Positions 35,521 through 49,068 of a stretch of 64,000 nucleotides of DNA are shown here, piece after piece. Origin of the DNA: Pristiophorus japonicus (taxonomy: Eukaryota); contig NC_092007.1 in NCBI RefSeq assembly GCF_044704955.1, positions 4,960,001 through 5,024,000 of the forward strand. The letters are read 5' to 3'. A program made the position numbers and the translations under genes. The stretch's first letter is position 1. Each line of letters begins with the position of its first letter. The notes under the pieces are model-generated. The model was given only the letters and a program-made list of their open reading frames with translations. It had not been told where the DNA came from and did not search any database.

Positions 35521-38500
35521 TCAGCTCTGACTGGTGAGAAATAACGTAATAAAAAAGTACTGGGTCAATTCAGCAATAAATACATCTGCAAATGTCTTCT
35601 CCTACCTCTATGACGAACAAAACGAGTTTCAATTGATAACAATGTCGATGAGGTACATCACCTAACAGAGCAACTAAGATTTGCCCGCAATGATATTAGC
35701 CCCAGGAGCGGATTCTACCCGTTCCAGTCCAGCAATTCTTGCTCATATGCTGAAATTCTGACGACACGTTATTTTGAAATCTCTCTTTATTACCCCACGA
35801 GTTGCAGTAATTATTCCCATACCCGTGTGAGTCTATTTCTTTCATCACCAAGACAATGATGGCAATCAGAATGAGAACGGCAGCAGCGGTTCTGATTGAC
35901 ATGGCGATTTTCCAAAATGATCCTGAAAATATTCAACAACAAAAAACACGCTCTTCATTATTGCTCTGATTAACCCAGGTTTCTCGATAGCATTTAACAA
36001 CATGTATGGGACTATTAAGATAGAAATCAACTCACATTTATTTAGTGCTTTTCCCAACCTCGCAACCCACTTTACAGCCAATGAAGTACGATGGAAGTTT
36101 ATTCACTGTTGCACTGTAGGTAACGTGGCAGCTGTATTGCGCATAGCATGCTCCCACAAACAGCGATGAGATAAATAAGCAGATAATCTCTTTCAGTATT
36201 ACTGGTTGAGGGATAAATAATTGCCAAGGCATCGGAGAAGGATCCGCCTGCTCGTCTTCAATCGATTCAGTATTACAGCATCCCTTAGAAAATGCAGCTA
36301 TACATATCGCATACTCGAATCTGCTCCTCCGTTATCCGATATCTTAATTCAGTCCATAAGTTGCGTTTAAAGTTATTCTGCGCCAATTGTCAGTATTTTG
36401 ACACGTGATAGTTTGCTCAGAATATCAATAAAACTGACATTCGGCTGAAAAAACTGCGTGAAAATAAATTGAACTGAGCATTTGTAAATTGAATGATGGA
36501 CTGTGTCCCACTAATGTTACAGTGAGCGCAAATATGGTTTCATAGAGTGTGTCACTAATTCAGAAAATTCTGTTTTATAAACGATGACACATTCCTTCTA
36601 GTGTTTTATATTACACTTTCTATCTTCGTTAAAAAAGGCGACAATAATCAAATTCAGAAGACCAAAATATAAACTTGACGGGGATTATTCTCATCTGAAT
36701 TTCGCGAGCAGCATGAACCAGAGCCAAACACTACTAAAATTAAGAATGGTATACGTCCTAAATTGCAAATAATCAGAGAAAAATACAACATTACTGCATA
36801 GGAGGAGGACATTCGGCCCATCATGTTCCTGCCGGCCAATTTAGCATTATCCAGCCTAATTCCATTTTCAAGCTCATCGTCATATCCAACTAAATGCTAT
36901 GGGAGAGTGTGCCTCTAAATTCTTTCGGGCGGTGATTTGCAGAGCACGACCATCCTCTGGTGAAAGCATATCATCTCAAATCCCCTCTAATCCTTCTACA
37001 AATTACTTTAAATAAGTATGGTATTACGGACTCAGTGGAATTATTGCCTTCTCAGGGATACTCTGAAATAGCTGCAAGCCCTCCGGAGTGAAGCTGTGTG
37101 GCAAAGTTAAATCTGAGCATCGATCAAGTGATTGAGAGCCTGCAGCTCACTACCATTACAATGAAAGGAAACCAGACGTCATAAAGTCTCCGATTAATTC
37201 AGAAGGACTCGCTTGTTTAACGATCATACGCTACCTTTACTGTTTAATGTTAACCCCTTCCTCTCTTCACAAGCACAGTGCGACCATAACTTAATTCAGA
37301 AAATCAGTGATTACATTTTACATTTTTCCAACAATTTTAAGATAGCAGACAGTCACTAACCAGACAATTACTCTACTGAAATTAGCAATGGATTCAGTCC
37401 TCAATCATAGATCAGTAAGTTAATACAAGCTCAAATGGAACTGATATTTGCTGACACTAATTCTGTTCACTTAGTATCGGGCCAATGATGGAATAAACCA
37501 GCTATTTTAATCAAATTGCAGCAAATCTCAACACTCACCTGTTGAACAGATCTGATATTTGCCGACACTAACACCGTGTTCGTTCCATGCAACACAGGAG
37601 ATATGGTGTCCTGTACCGGTTGGGTGGGTCAGTGTCAGAGAGCTCTGCACTAGGGAATTATTCATTGACCGGGCGGTGACTCCGAGACCTGGCATGTTTC
37701 CAGTGATGTTTCTTCCATTGACGTTTGCCGGGGGCTTGGCTCTTACACTGCAGGTACAATGAAACCCACTCTCAAATCTGGTGCAGGTCGGGCCCCATAC
37801 TATGGTGGGTTTAACTGAAAAAATAGAGAGTTCCACTTAAGATGATTTTAATCATGCAGTTGCATTGTTTAAGTTAAACCAATTGGCGCTATTTGGAGAA
37901 GCACAGGAGTGAACAAAAAGCCCGGCATTACCAATAAAAATAACTTGCATTTCAACTTGCATTCCAATCTCCAGTTCTGATGAAAGGTCCGCGGCCCGAA
38001 TCGTTAACTCTGCCTTCTTTGCACAGATGCTGCCTGACCTGCTGAGTTTTCCAGCAATTTCAGATTTTATTCCAGATTCTAGCATCCGCAGTTTTTTGCT
38101 TTTTTTAATTTGCATTAATATAGCGCCGCTAACGTGGCAAAAATTCCCAATGAGCTTCAAAAGTTCACAGAAGACTACATCGGAAGTTTGGCACAGAAAC
38201 GGTACAGTTGGCTCAACCACTCAATGTCTGAGTTAATGCTCCACTCGAGCCTCCTCCCGTCTTTCCTCATCTAAAGCTATCAGCATAACGCTCTATTCCC
38301 TTCTCCCTCATACGCTTTTTCAACATCACTTTACATGCATCTGTTCAATCAGCTTCAACCACTCGCTGTAAAGAAGTTCCTTCTGAATTCTCTCTGGGAT
38401 ATATCTTTTTGTCTACCCTATAAAAACCTTTCGTCATTTTAAAGATGTCAATTAGATCACTCCTCAGCCTTCTATTTTCAAGTGAAAAAAGACCCCAAAG

Positions 38501-41500
38501 AGCGTTAGCAAACAACATTTGATACGGATCATTCCTGTACCGTTACAAATGTAATTGGCTCACATCACACTGACATTGTACAGAAATCTGTGTGGATCTG
38601 TTGGCGGTGCTCAGGTTATTTTCAGCCACGCAATAATACTCGCCGTCATCTTCAGAACTAATGTTGTGAAATGTGTGCTTCAGTTCACCGGTGGATGATC
38701 TGCTGATCTCAGTGACAACTCGGACCAATGTTAAATTGACGGGCTGGTCACCCAGAGCCCTGCAGTACAATAATAATGAAGTGCCCTCCACTATTACGAT
38801 AGAAGAATTGAAGCTTGGTTTCTCCAGTGCATCTGAAACACACGAGAGCATTGGTGTTATTGGAGAATATCGGAGCAGAAGAGTAAAGTCAATTTGGCAA
38901 TTGAAGAATAATATTAAAGCCGATATGGTGGCTATATTGCCAAATCTAAATTTAAAAAGCCAGCCTATGATTGTTGGCGCTGTACTGCTTAAGATTATTT
39001 CAAATTTAGACCAAATTTATCTCAACGTTTTATCCTCTTCACTTCAAACGTTTGTAGTGACTGCCTGGACGTGATTCTTTTCCACAGAAACATCAATCAA
39101 GCGGCCATTCCTCCAACAACAAGAACAGTGGCCTTTCTCATCACTTGAACAGAGCTGTTGAGGCGGATTGCAGGCTCCCGACCACCACCGCTGATAACTC
39201 GTCACATACACTTATGTTTCAGATGCTCTCTCGGTGCAACTATATCAGGAATTAGGAGCCTTTGGAATAACATTTGACATAAGTAGCATCTATGGAGCCT
39301 TCCAATGTTACTCCCTGGGTCTTTGTCAATGTGAAATAATACAACTCACAAGAAATGTTTGATAGTCAGTTCGACCCAATGGTTATAGGAATATATCTTA
39401 CACTTCGAGTACGTTCCGCTATTCAATTAGATCATGGCTCATCCATATGGTAGCTCTGCCTACCCGCTTTTGCTTTATTCTTATTTTTAAAAACTATCCA
39501 TCACATATGTTGTATATTTAATTATCTCGGCGAGCTATCACTCCACTGAGCATCAAGACAAGTTTGGATCCTGTTTATCAAAGGATGATGCAATGCAGGG
39601 TACAGCAGATACTTACTTTGAATGTGCAGTGTGAGAGTTTCTTGAACACTCCCCTCGACACCATCAACGACAAGCTGACATCCCAGCTTTTTCCCATTGT
39701 GGTCTGGTGATGGGGTGAAGATGAATGTTGTTGAAATAGCCCATGATCCCTCCAACCTGTTGTCTCTGTATTTGGAATTTTTAGTCTCTTGCAGCAAACG
39801 AACATTATCCTCGTCCTGAATCCACGTCAGTTCTGGATTGGCGGAGGGGCAGCTGGAGGTGACTGAGCAGGTTAAATATACGGGCTTTCCAGCAATCAAT
39901 TCCCCAGGGACTGAAATCCATGACTTATGTGTAAGCAGTGAAAGGAATTCGTGTGACTGTGGATTTCAATATAACACATGTGGAGGGAAGGGCCAGGCGG
40001 TTCAGTTCAATGTCTGAGATAATACCATGAGCAAAAATTTATATGTTTTCCACTTGATCTCTGCTATGGGAAGGAGCCGATTGTTAATTATTACTTACGG
40101 TCACAGAATCAATCGATTGATGCATGTGTTCATGAACTTAATGTCCTGCCACAATATGAATGAATTATTCATGTGGGCTTGTTTCTGATCGGTCAGTCAC
40201 CGCTCTGCAGCACACAATTATTTCAATTCAAATTAAGGTCAGAAAAAACATTCAAAACAGAGTCCGAGATTTGGTTCCTTGAGTATACCTGGGATATTCT
40301 TAGTCCAACGGCTCACTCTCACGTGGAACAGTTGATTTAGCCATTGCTTATTTTTATTCTTGCTTTTAATTCATTTTCTCTCATTTAGTCTCGCGATAGG
40401 AGTGCCACAACTAACCTTCAGGACGAGGGACACGCTTAACAAACCTGGTTTGTTACTGTTACCAACAGCGGGACAGTGCACAGCTATGAGAAGAAAGCAA
40501 GACCAGGTTGCGGGTTCAAGACCCATTTCAGAGACTTAAGCACAACCTGTAGCCTGACACTCCAGTGCAGTACTGATGCATTGTCACAATGCCGGAGATT
40601 CCATTTTACGGATGAGATATTAACCTGTTCTCCTAATTTACCTCTCAAGTGTACATAACAGTTCGCACAGTATTATTTTGAATGAGCCTTTGTCCTCGTT
40701 AACTTTGATTGATCGACGCGTTATCTGCAAGGCTGGTGGATGTTTTAAAAGACAAATACAGATGTCCTTCAGCCGTGGTGGGCCGAAGGGCCTCTTAATG
40801 TAATGTAAGATTAAATATTTCTATGATTGTATTTTATAACACACACCTGGATATTATTCAGTGTACCAGCCCTGCAGAGATGGCGTGTGACGTGGGCCAA
40901 TGTCAACATGAAATCTTTCATTTTAGGCAAAAATTGAATGGCATTGGCGAGATGGAACATTAACTACAAAACGAAAAATTCAAAATAACTTACTTAAAAT
41001 AGAAAGATTGACAGGAGTTTTGGAACCGTATCCTTCTATCTGATCCTGGGAGTTCATGATCTTCAATATGAAGTAATATTCTCCTCCATCGCTCTCCCTG
41101 ATGTCCTTTAACCGTAAGGAGCATTGCTTCTTTATAAAGTCGCCGGCTAACTCTGCCCTCCCTCGATAGTCATGGTGCATATTGTCTGCATCTCTGGAAT
41201 CATAGATAACCGAGACCCCTGGTGCATAAAGATGAGGACTCCCCTTTAACCACATACCCTGTGGATTGCGACCATTCGTGGGATAGTCAAATCTACACGG
41301 GATCTTTGCACATGAACCCTTCACCGTCGATAAACTCCATGGTGTCGTCACAGACCATCGTGAACTACGTACAACTGGTGAAGAAATAGAAATTAAACAT
41401 CCATTGAAATCCCCAATATGAATACTTTCCCTCATCGTCAGGTTAAATAATATTACTTTAACCTTTGACGCCCACGAAAACATATTAATGAGTACCTCAA

Positions 41501-41792
41501 TGAAAAGGCGTTAAATTTTAATTAAAACTCCTCCAATTCCATTAACTACTCCATTGAAAGCCGGCAAATCAGAAAGTAAATATTAAATCAATATGATAAA
41601 TACATAAAGAAGTTCTGAATAAAACATATTAAAAGTGCAAATCACAAATTACTAGTTAAGCATGTACTATCTCTATAAAGTAAGAACGTTTTAATTGAAC
41701 ACAAAATGGAAATCGTTTCGAACATCAATTAGTAAACTGAACATTTTACCTTTACAGAATATCAGAATGGAGATAAATGTTAAACTCTTCAT
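35521..41792 (-). CDS. Copy C: Siglec-like activating-type receptor, possibly impaired (D2 acceptor AC, 12-nt deletion in D4)
   Basis: Exons: 41750-41792, 40994-41374, 39617-39928, 38575-38832, 37539-37814, 35823-35922 (TM SIRTAAAVLILIAIIVLVMKE); probable stop exon 35521-35530. Confidence 0.65.
35823..35922 (-). CDS. Copy C transmembrane exon with Arg
   Basis: Same splice sites as copy B. Confidence 0.85.
37539..37814 (-). CDS. Copy C membrane-proximal Ig exon (ITWS deleted)
   Basis: 276 nt versus 288 nt in the other copies; in-frame. Confidence 0.85.
38575..38832 (-). CDS. Copy C Ig domain 3 exon
   Basis: Open frame; donor GTCAGT. Confidence 0.85.
39617..39928 (-). CDS. Copy C Ig domain 2 exon (canonical acceptor lost)
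   Basis: Open frame; acceptor AG->AC at 39929. Confidence 0.75.
40994..41374 (-). CDS. Copy C V-set exon
   Basis: Identical protein to copy B. Confidence 0.9.
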
Positions 41793-44700
41793 GGGTGGAA
41801 CGGTTCACGATGTCAAAATGACAGAAATTGACTCAATCTCAGATATCACTAATCTAGTTCCAGATTCCGTTCGCCGGTAATATCCTGGAGTTCACAGATG
41901 ACCGAATCAGAGTATCAGCAGGTCAGTTGAAAGCTATCCAACAAACATTCAACACCGTGGTTGCTCAAACAGCTATCACCACTCCTCGGATGTTGTTCAT
42001 CAAAACTGCTGCAATTCTGGATCATTTCGAACGTGACCATGTCCTGTAGTAATTGGCCCGCAGTTACAGGATATGCTGAGACCCCGCCTGTTGCTGATTA
42101 GCTCTGAGCAGAAATATACCAATTTCCCCTTCATCAGCACAGCTACAGGGCACGGGTGGCATTCTAGTTTGGAATACAGAATAAATGTTCGGACACTGAA
42201 ATATGTAGAGGAACAAAGTGGCCTTGGAGTGCAAGTCCACCGATCCCTGAAGGTAGCAGGACAGGTAGATAAGCTGCTCAAGAAGGCATACGGAATACTA
42301 GCATTTATTAGTCAAGGTGCAGAATACAAGAACAAAGAGGTTATTCTTGAACTGTATAAAACACTAATTGGACCACTGCTAGAGTACTGTGTGCAGTTCT
42401 GGTCTTCACTTTACAGGAAAGATGTGATGCACCAGAGAGGGTATGTTGCCTTTAATGGAGAATCTTATATTTGAGGAACGGTACTATAGGCTGGGGTAGT
42501 ATTCTTTGAAATAGATGAGGCTGAAGGAAGATTAAATTGAGCTGTATTACATTATGAGAGGCCTGGATAGAGTGGATAAGAAGGACCTACTTCCTTTAGC
42601 AGAGGGGTCAATAACGATGGGGCATAGATTAAAAGTAATTGGTAGGAGGTGTAGTGGGCATTTGAGGAGAATTATTTTCAGCCAGAGGGTGATGGGGGAC
42701 TGGAATCACTGCCTCAAAGCATGGTAGAGACAGAAACCCTCAGCATCTAAAAATTACATGGATGTGCACTTGAAGTGCTGTAACCTACAGGGATATGGAG
42801 CGAGAGCTGGAAATGGGATTAGGCTGGCATCGCTGAAATTAACGGACTTATATCCAGGTTGCTGCAATGAAACTTTTCTGATGATTCTGATTACAGTGCT
42901 GGAACTGTGAGTTGTGATTCAGCTTTTAGATTCGAGGGTCTATGTAGCTGGAAGCAATGTGGAAATTTGTCTACAGGAATATATCCCTTCACCTTCTATG
43001 TTACAAGAAGGACATAGATGAATTGGAGAAGGTGCAAATCAGATTTTCAAAAAGTAGACCAGAAATGGGAGAATATAACCAGCAGGAAAGTCTGAACGGT
43101 CTGGCAAGCTTTCCTCTAGAAAAGAGAAGGTGGAGGGGTGACATAATAGAGGCCTGTAAAATGATGAAGGGGTTTGATAGGATAGATGAAGCAGAGATTT
43201 TCCACTTGTGCGGGGATCAAAACCAGAGTTCATCGATATGAGATAGTCATTCAGAAATAACAGAAGGAATTCAGGAGAACCTTATTTACCCAGAGAATGG
43301 TGAGAATGTGGAAGTTGCTACCACACGGAGGGATTGAGGCGAATAGTATAGATGTGTTTAAGAGGCAGCTAGATAGCTACATGAGGGAGAAAGGAATATG
43401 CTGCTGGATGAAATAAACTTGGGAGGAGAAAGCTCCGGTGGAGCATAAACGTTGCCTTGGACAAGTTGGGCCCAATTGCATGTTTCTTTGCTGCACATTT
43501 GATGTAATTAACCCTGAATTAATTGCATCAAGTTTGCTGAGTATCTCACTATATTCAAGGATGCGATAGATAGATATTTGTAGTTTAGAGAATGAAGGCT
43601 ATGTGGAGAGGGCGGGAATTTGCTAAGGTCGATGATCAGCTATGACCTCATTGAATGGCGGAGCAGGCTTGAGGGGCCATGTTGGCTACTCCTGCTACTA
43701 TTTCTTATGTACTTTTGTTCTTTATTATGGTTCTGTGTCGACAATGAGCTCTACGTTTGTTTTTTATTTATTTTTATTTTGTTTCTGTCTTGACTGGTGT
43801 ATGGAATGTGTATTCAACTCAGGCGCCAGCTTGGTTTATCTGTCTCGATTAGGGATGTGCGTTCAGATCCAAGACTCAGGTGTTTAACAATACCTGACTC
43901 CATATGCCTGCTCAGTCCCAGAGTGGAGGGTGATGCAATGTACTTTGCTCAATTACACTCCACACAAGGCCCAGCTTGCTTTGAGGCTCACGGGTTGGGT
44001 ATTGTGTAATCAGCATCTGGGTCTAGTAAGTGTTTACCACTGACTGCCCCTATGGTACATGCTCAGTGTCTCCCTCAGTGTCGCTGCCTCGAGGTGGGTT
44101 TATTTACACCGTGTGTTGTGTAGCACCAGAGCGCGCTGTGAAGCGCTGGGTCCTATTTAGCGACTGTGTTGTTGTGGTTACCGCAACGCACAGCACCCTG
44201 CTATCTCTGGCGTACATGTAAGTGAATCATTGTGTACGACGGACATGGATGAAAGATATCTGTTGTCAAGCAACATCTCTTTATACCGTGTGCTGCATCT
44301 TGAAATTTCATGGTCTGTTTGCAGCTCTGTGTTTAACCCTTCAAGCAATGTGAGATCAACTTTGACAGTGTGCTTGAGTGATTTATATGAAACACGGGTG
44401 GAAGCTACAACGAGGATGCCGTTGCCTCATATCAGGGCAGTTAGTGCATGGGAACTCCATCCTCTTCCAGTTCCCCTGCAAGTCACAGCATAACCCTGAT
44501 TTGAATATGTATCACCCTCCCTGCAACAGAGATAGGGCAAAGTCCTAAAATCCCGGAACTCCGTCCTTAACAGCGCTGTGGGAGTACCTTCACCACACGG
44601 GCTGCAGCGGTTGCAGAGCTCGGCTCATTACCAGCTTCTCAGGGGCGATTAGGGATGGGCAATAAATGAGACATTGCAAGCGATGCTCACATTCCAGGAG

Positions 44701-47700
44701 CGAATAAAAGATATGCAGCTGCATTTTTCCACGGTCCTCTCCCACCTCCAATATTCAAATTATGCCCCTGTTCTGAAATGTATCTTTATTAGTAAAATGA
44801 GTTCCCGCCAGTACCTCAAACAACTAACCATTTTTAACTTGCAAGTCACGCAAATAATATCTCCAGGATTTTCGATAGGAGCGGAATTTTTATGATCCTG
44901 GCACTGGTTGGCTGGGATGGGGATTTATAATTGCTGATTGGCCCTTGGATTTTAAGAAAATCGACAATGCAATTGTGTATTGCAGTGTGTTGCCATTTCC
45001 TCGACTGCTCCTGCAGCCTGAGCTCATGGAGATTCCTTGGGCTCAGTGCGAAAGTGAAAGGCTTCTCCATGCAACAGCACCACACAGTGGCAGCCCGACG
45101 GCATTACAAGAGATGTTTTTCACTGCACCATCAGACACATCTGGGCTCAGCTGTGGCTAACATCCTCTATCATGCCAAGATTAACTCCTAGTTCACCTCA
45201 CCTTACCCAACACGTTGCCGAAATGTACTTCAGCATCTACAGAATGAAATAGGGGAATGTGTTATTCCTGATACAATGGACTTTCCACTTTTGTCCAACA
45301 CATCGCACACTTGGATCTGTTCTCTCTCCACACATGCTCTCAATAGTAGCAACAGCTCCCACTCCTATTTGGATCAGTTTACAGACCAGGCACATGAGTC
45401 TTCAGTTGTACAAGCGAAATGCTTCCGGAACAAGTTGTAAACCTTGCGAAATTCCTCTTGTTAAGGTATACTGCTCTTACTGACAAACACGGTCTGGGCC
45501 TATTAGGTTGAATTGTTGTAAAGGGTGGAGTTCTGGCAAGGTGAATTGTTACCATATTTCATGCACATTATTGTGTTCGATGCTTGGAACACAGTTATAT
45601 CATGGAAATCACCGTGATTTTCTTTACTGAATTGGGACATTGAGACTATTTACTTTTCACAGTATCAAGTTCCCAGCATCGGTTTTTGGTCCTTGCACAA
45701 TGAGCTCACATGGTTGAGCAGATGTCCCACTGGGAATATCCTAAAGATGCACCATACCAATCGTTGTGGAAATAGCACGGCCCACTAAGTTCTTTGTTTT
45801 TAACTCGTGCTGTGCAATTCACTGGAACTAGTCGCAGTCCCACTACTCTATCCTCACAGCGCTGTACATTATTCCCGTTTAAAATATATATCCAATATGG
45901 GTTTGAAAGTTACTATTGATTTTGATACTCCCACATTTTCAGGCAGTGAATTCCATGTCATAACAATTCTCTGTCTATTCCCTGCAAATGTTTTCCAAAT
46001 TTACTTTCCGGTGCCTTTCAGTTTAATGCAGAGCACACCAGTTACCCACCTTCAACACTCACTCCCTCCACCACCCTGGTGCACCGTCTTCAAGATGCAC
46101 TGCAGCAACTCGCCAAGGCTTCTTCGGCAGCACCTCCCAAACCCGCCACTTCAAACACCTAGAAGGACAAGGGCAGCAGGCGCATGGGAACACGACCACC
46201 TCCAAGTTCCCCTCCCAGTCACACACCGTCCAGACTTGGAAATATATCGCCCGTTCTTTCAACGTCGCCGGGTCAAAATCCTGGAAAGTCCTCCACAACA
46301 GCGCTGTGATAGCACCTTCACCACACGGACTGCATCGGTTCAAGAAGGCAGCTCACCACCAATTTCTCAAGAGCAATAAGCAACGGGCAATATATTATGT
46401 CGTGCCACTGATAAAGAGTCAAACATAACTAATTACCCATTATTATAAAATATCTCAGAAAATTATTCAATTGTTAAGCTTCTCTTGGGCTCAAATCGGG
46501 ACCCTAATAAACGAGGTTGCATGTATGTTCCTGGGTTTTATTGACAGGCTGAACATAATGGGAAGATTCAATTTTATTGGCATCATAACATCCTGGGAAA
46601 GCTTCACGATTTCAGTGGAAATAGTGAAGGAGGAAATTGTTGCCGAAAAGCATTTCCAATATAACAAAGTAGCTGGTATTACTCAGAAATATCCACGCTG
46701 TCCCAACCACATTTGCTGCATTGAGTAACAGGAGCATATTTCCACTATTCACTGCACTGTGTCTGACCGGGAGAAGGTGGAGGTTTATTTTGGATGTAAG
46801 TATAGCGTTCCACTCTCAGCATCTCTGAGCTCCAGTAACAAATATCAAAATAAATTAGTTGTGATGTGTTTTAATGAAACTATGACAAATTACAAGTTAC
46901 ATAACAGAATTATGCAATCATAGAAAGGTTACAGCACAGAAGACTATTTGACCCGTCGAACCCATGCCGACTCTCATCTCGATCCACTCCTGCTCCCTTT
47001 TCCCGTGGTCCTGCATTTTTTCCCTTCAGATATAATCTACCTCAGTTTTGAAAGGTAAGATTGATTCTGCTGGCACCGCCCTTCCAGGCAATGCATTCCA
47101 GATCCCAACCACGCGCCGCATAAAAAGCATTTATCTTACATCGCAATTTGCTTCTTTTGCCAATCACCTTAAATCTGTGTTTCTGGTTCTCGACCCTTCT
47201 GCCAATGGGAACAGTTTATCTCAATCTACTCTGTACAGTCCCATCATGATTTTGAACTCCTCTATCAAATCTGCTCTCAATACTATCAGTTCCAAAGATA
47301 ACAACCCCCCAGGTTCTCCACTCTCTCCTCGTAACTGAAGTCCCACATTCTCGGAATCTTTCTCGTAAATCTTTACTGCACCTTCTCTGAAGCAGATGTA
47401 TCTGTACCCAGTTGGGGCCGAACCAGTGTTTTATACAGGTTAATCATAACTTCCGCACTTTTGTACTCCCTACCACTATTTATGAGGCCAACTGGCCTTA
47501 CCTAATTGAATTTGCAATTTTCTGCACAGTCTGATAATGAGCGGAATCTGATACAGACAGCAATACTTCAGAAACCACGCAGATGCATTGTTTCTTAAAC
47601 ACATGTTCCTAAATAGTACACGGCTTTTAAATGACCCTTTTGAAAACACAATAGTTTGTACAATATCTGTGTATTGTAATGGTAACTGATTAGAATTGAC

Positions 47701-48657
47701 ACTGAGCTGTGAAGGTTTATTATACTGTGTTGACAGATGCTGCCAAATTAATCCAATTAACTGTGGAGAAGTTCCTCATTGACCGCCAGAGTTGTCTAAG
47801 ACGTTAACAGAGGGAGGTGTGTAATGCAAACAATCTTAACATTACTGGGGAAGATTGCTACTTTATTAAAGCACATCAACACTGTTTAAAAGTGACTGGA
47901 ACCATTCAAGCCAACGGCATTTCAGGCATCTGTTTGGAGTGAAAACAAGTGTGGGATTGTAAATTTCACAAACGCAAGGATGTTATGCCAACCCTTTATA
48001 AAATATCGGATTGGCCTCAACTGGAGAATTCAGTCCAATTCTGGGCATCGCACATTAGGAAGGACGTGAAGGCCTGAGAGAGGGTGCAGAAAATATCTAC
48101 GAGAATAGTCCCAATGACGAGGGACTTCAGTTACGTGGAGAGACTGGAGAAGCTGGGGTTGTTCTCCTTAGAGCAGAGACGTTGGAGAGGAGATTTGACA
48201 GTGGTGTTCAGAATCAAAAGTAGATAGAGAGAAAGTGTTCCCATTGGAGGAAGGGTCAAGAACCAGAGGACACAGATTTAAGATGATTGCCAGAAGAACC
48301 AATGGCGATATGAGGAAAAAATATTACGCAGCGAGTGGTTAGGAGCTGGAATGCACTGCCTGGACGGGTGGTGGAGGCAGATTCAATCGTGGCTTTCAAA
48401 AGAGAATTGGATATGTACCTGAAGGAGAATAAATGCAAGGCTACAGGTAAAGGGCGGGGCAGTGGGATTGGTTGAAATGCTCTTGCAGAGATCCGGCACG
48501 GACTAGAAGGGGGCCAATGACCTCCTTTTTTGCTGTAACGATTTTAGAATTTTATTTTGTTTAAAAAAAACACAGTAAACAGAACTGAAAATATTAGCGA
48601 TTAATCTGCGAAATATGCTCATTTTCACAGAAATTGCAGGCATATGAACTTTAAAAT

Positions 48658-48821
48658 CATTTAAATTTGCAGCATATTAACTGTAATCTTCATTCTTGAG
48701 ATACCTTTCATATTTGTGAAAGTTTCAAACTTCCAGCGATTGCCGCCGGAACCTCTACACTTTGCGCCGATTGGATGGATGCTGTCCATCTGCTAGCAAT
48801 GTTTCTCTCCTGGTCTTGGCT
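48658..48821 (-). pseudogene. Decayed ITIM-exon relic, copy D
   Basis: Same lesions as 21550-21712. Confidence 0.8.
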
Positions 48822-49068
48822 CTGTAACAGAAAGCAGTGCGTTAGAAAAGGGTGTGAGGCCACTTTCTGTCCCAGAATAACCCTCTTTCTCGCTGCCCAG
48901 ATCATTTTCAATCTTTCCCTACTCAATGATGGAAACATTCTGAGCGTTGCAACATGCAGGACCAATGAAAAGACGAACACGAAAATAACAGATGCCCCAT
49001 CGAGCCAATCCCAAACAGTCAGGACGCAACAATGCCTCAGGATTGCAACTCTCCCTCTCGGCACCATG

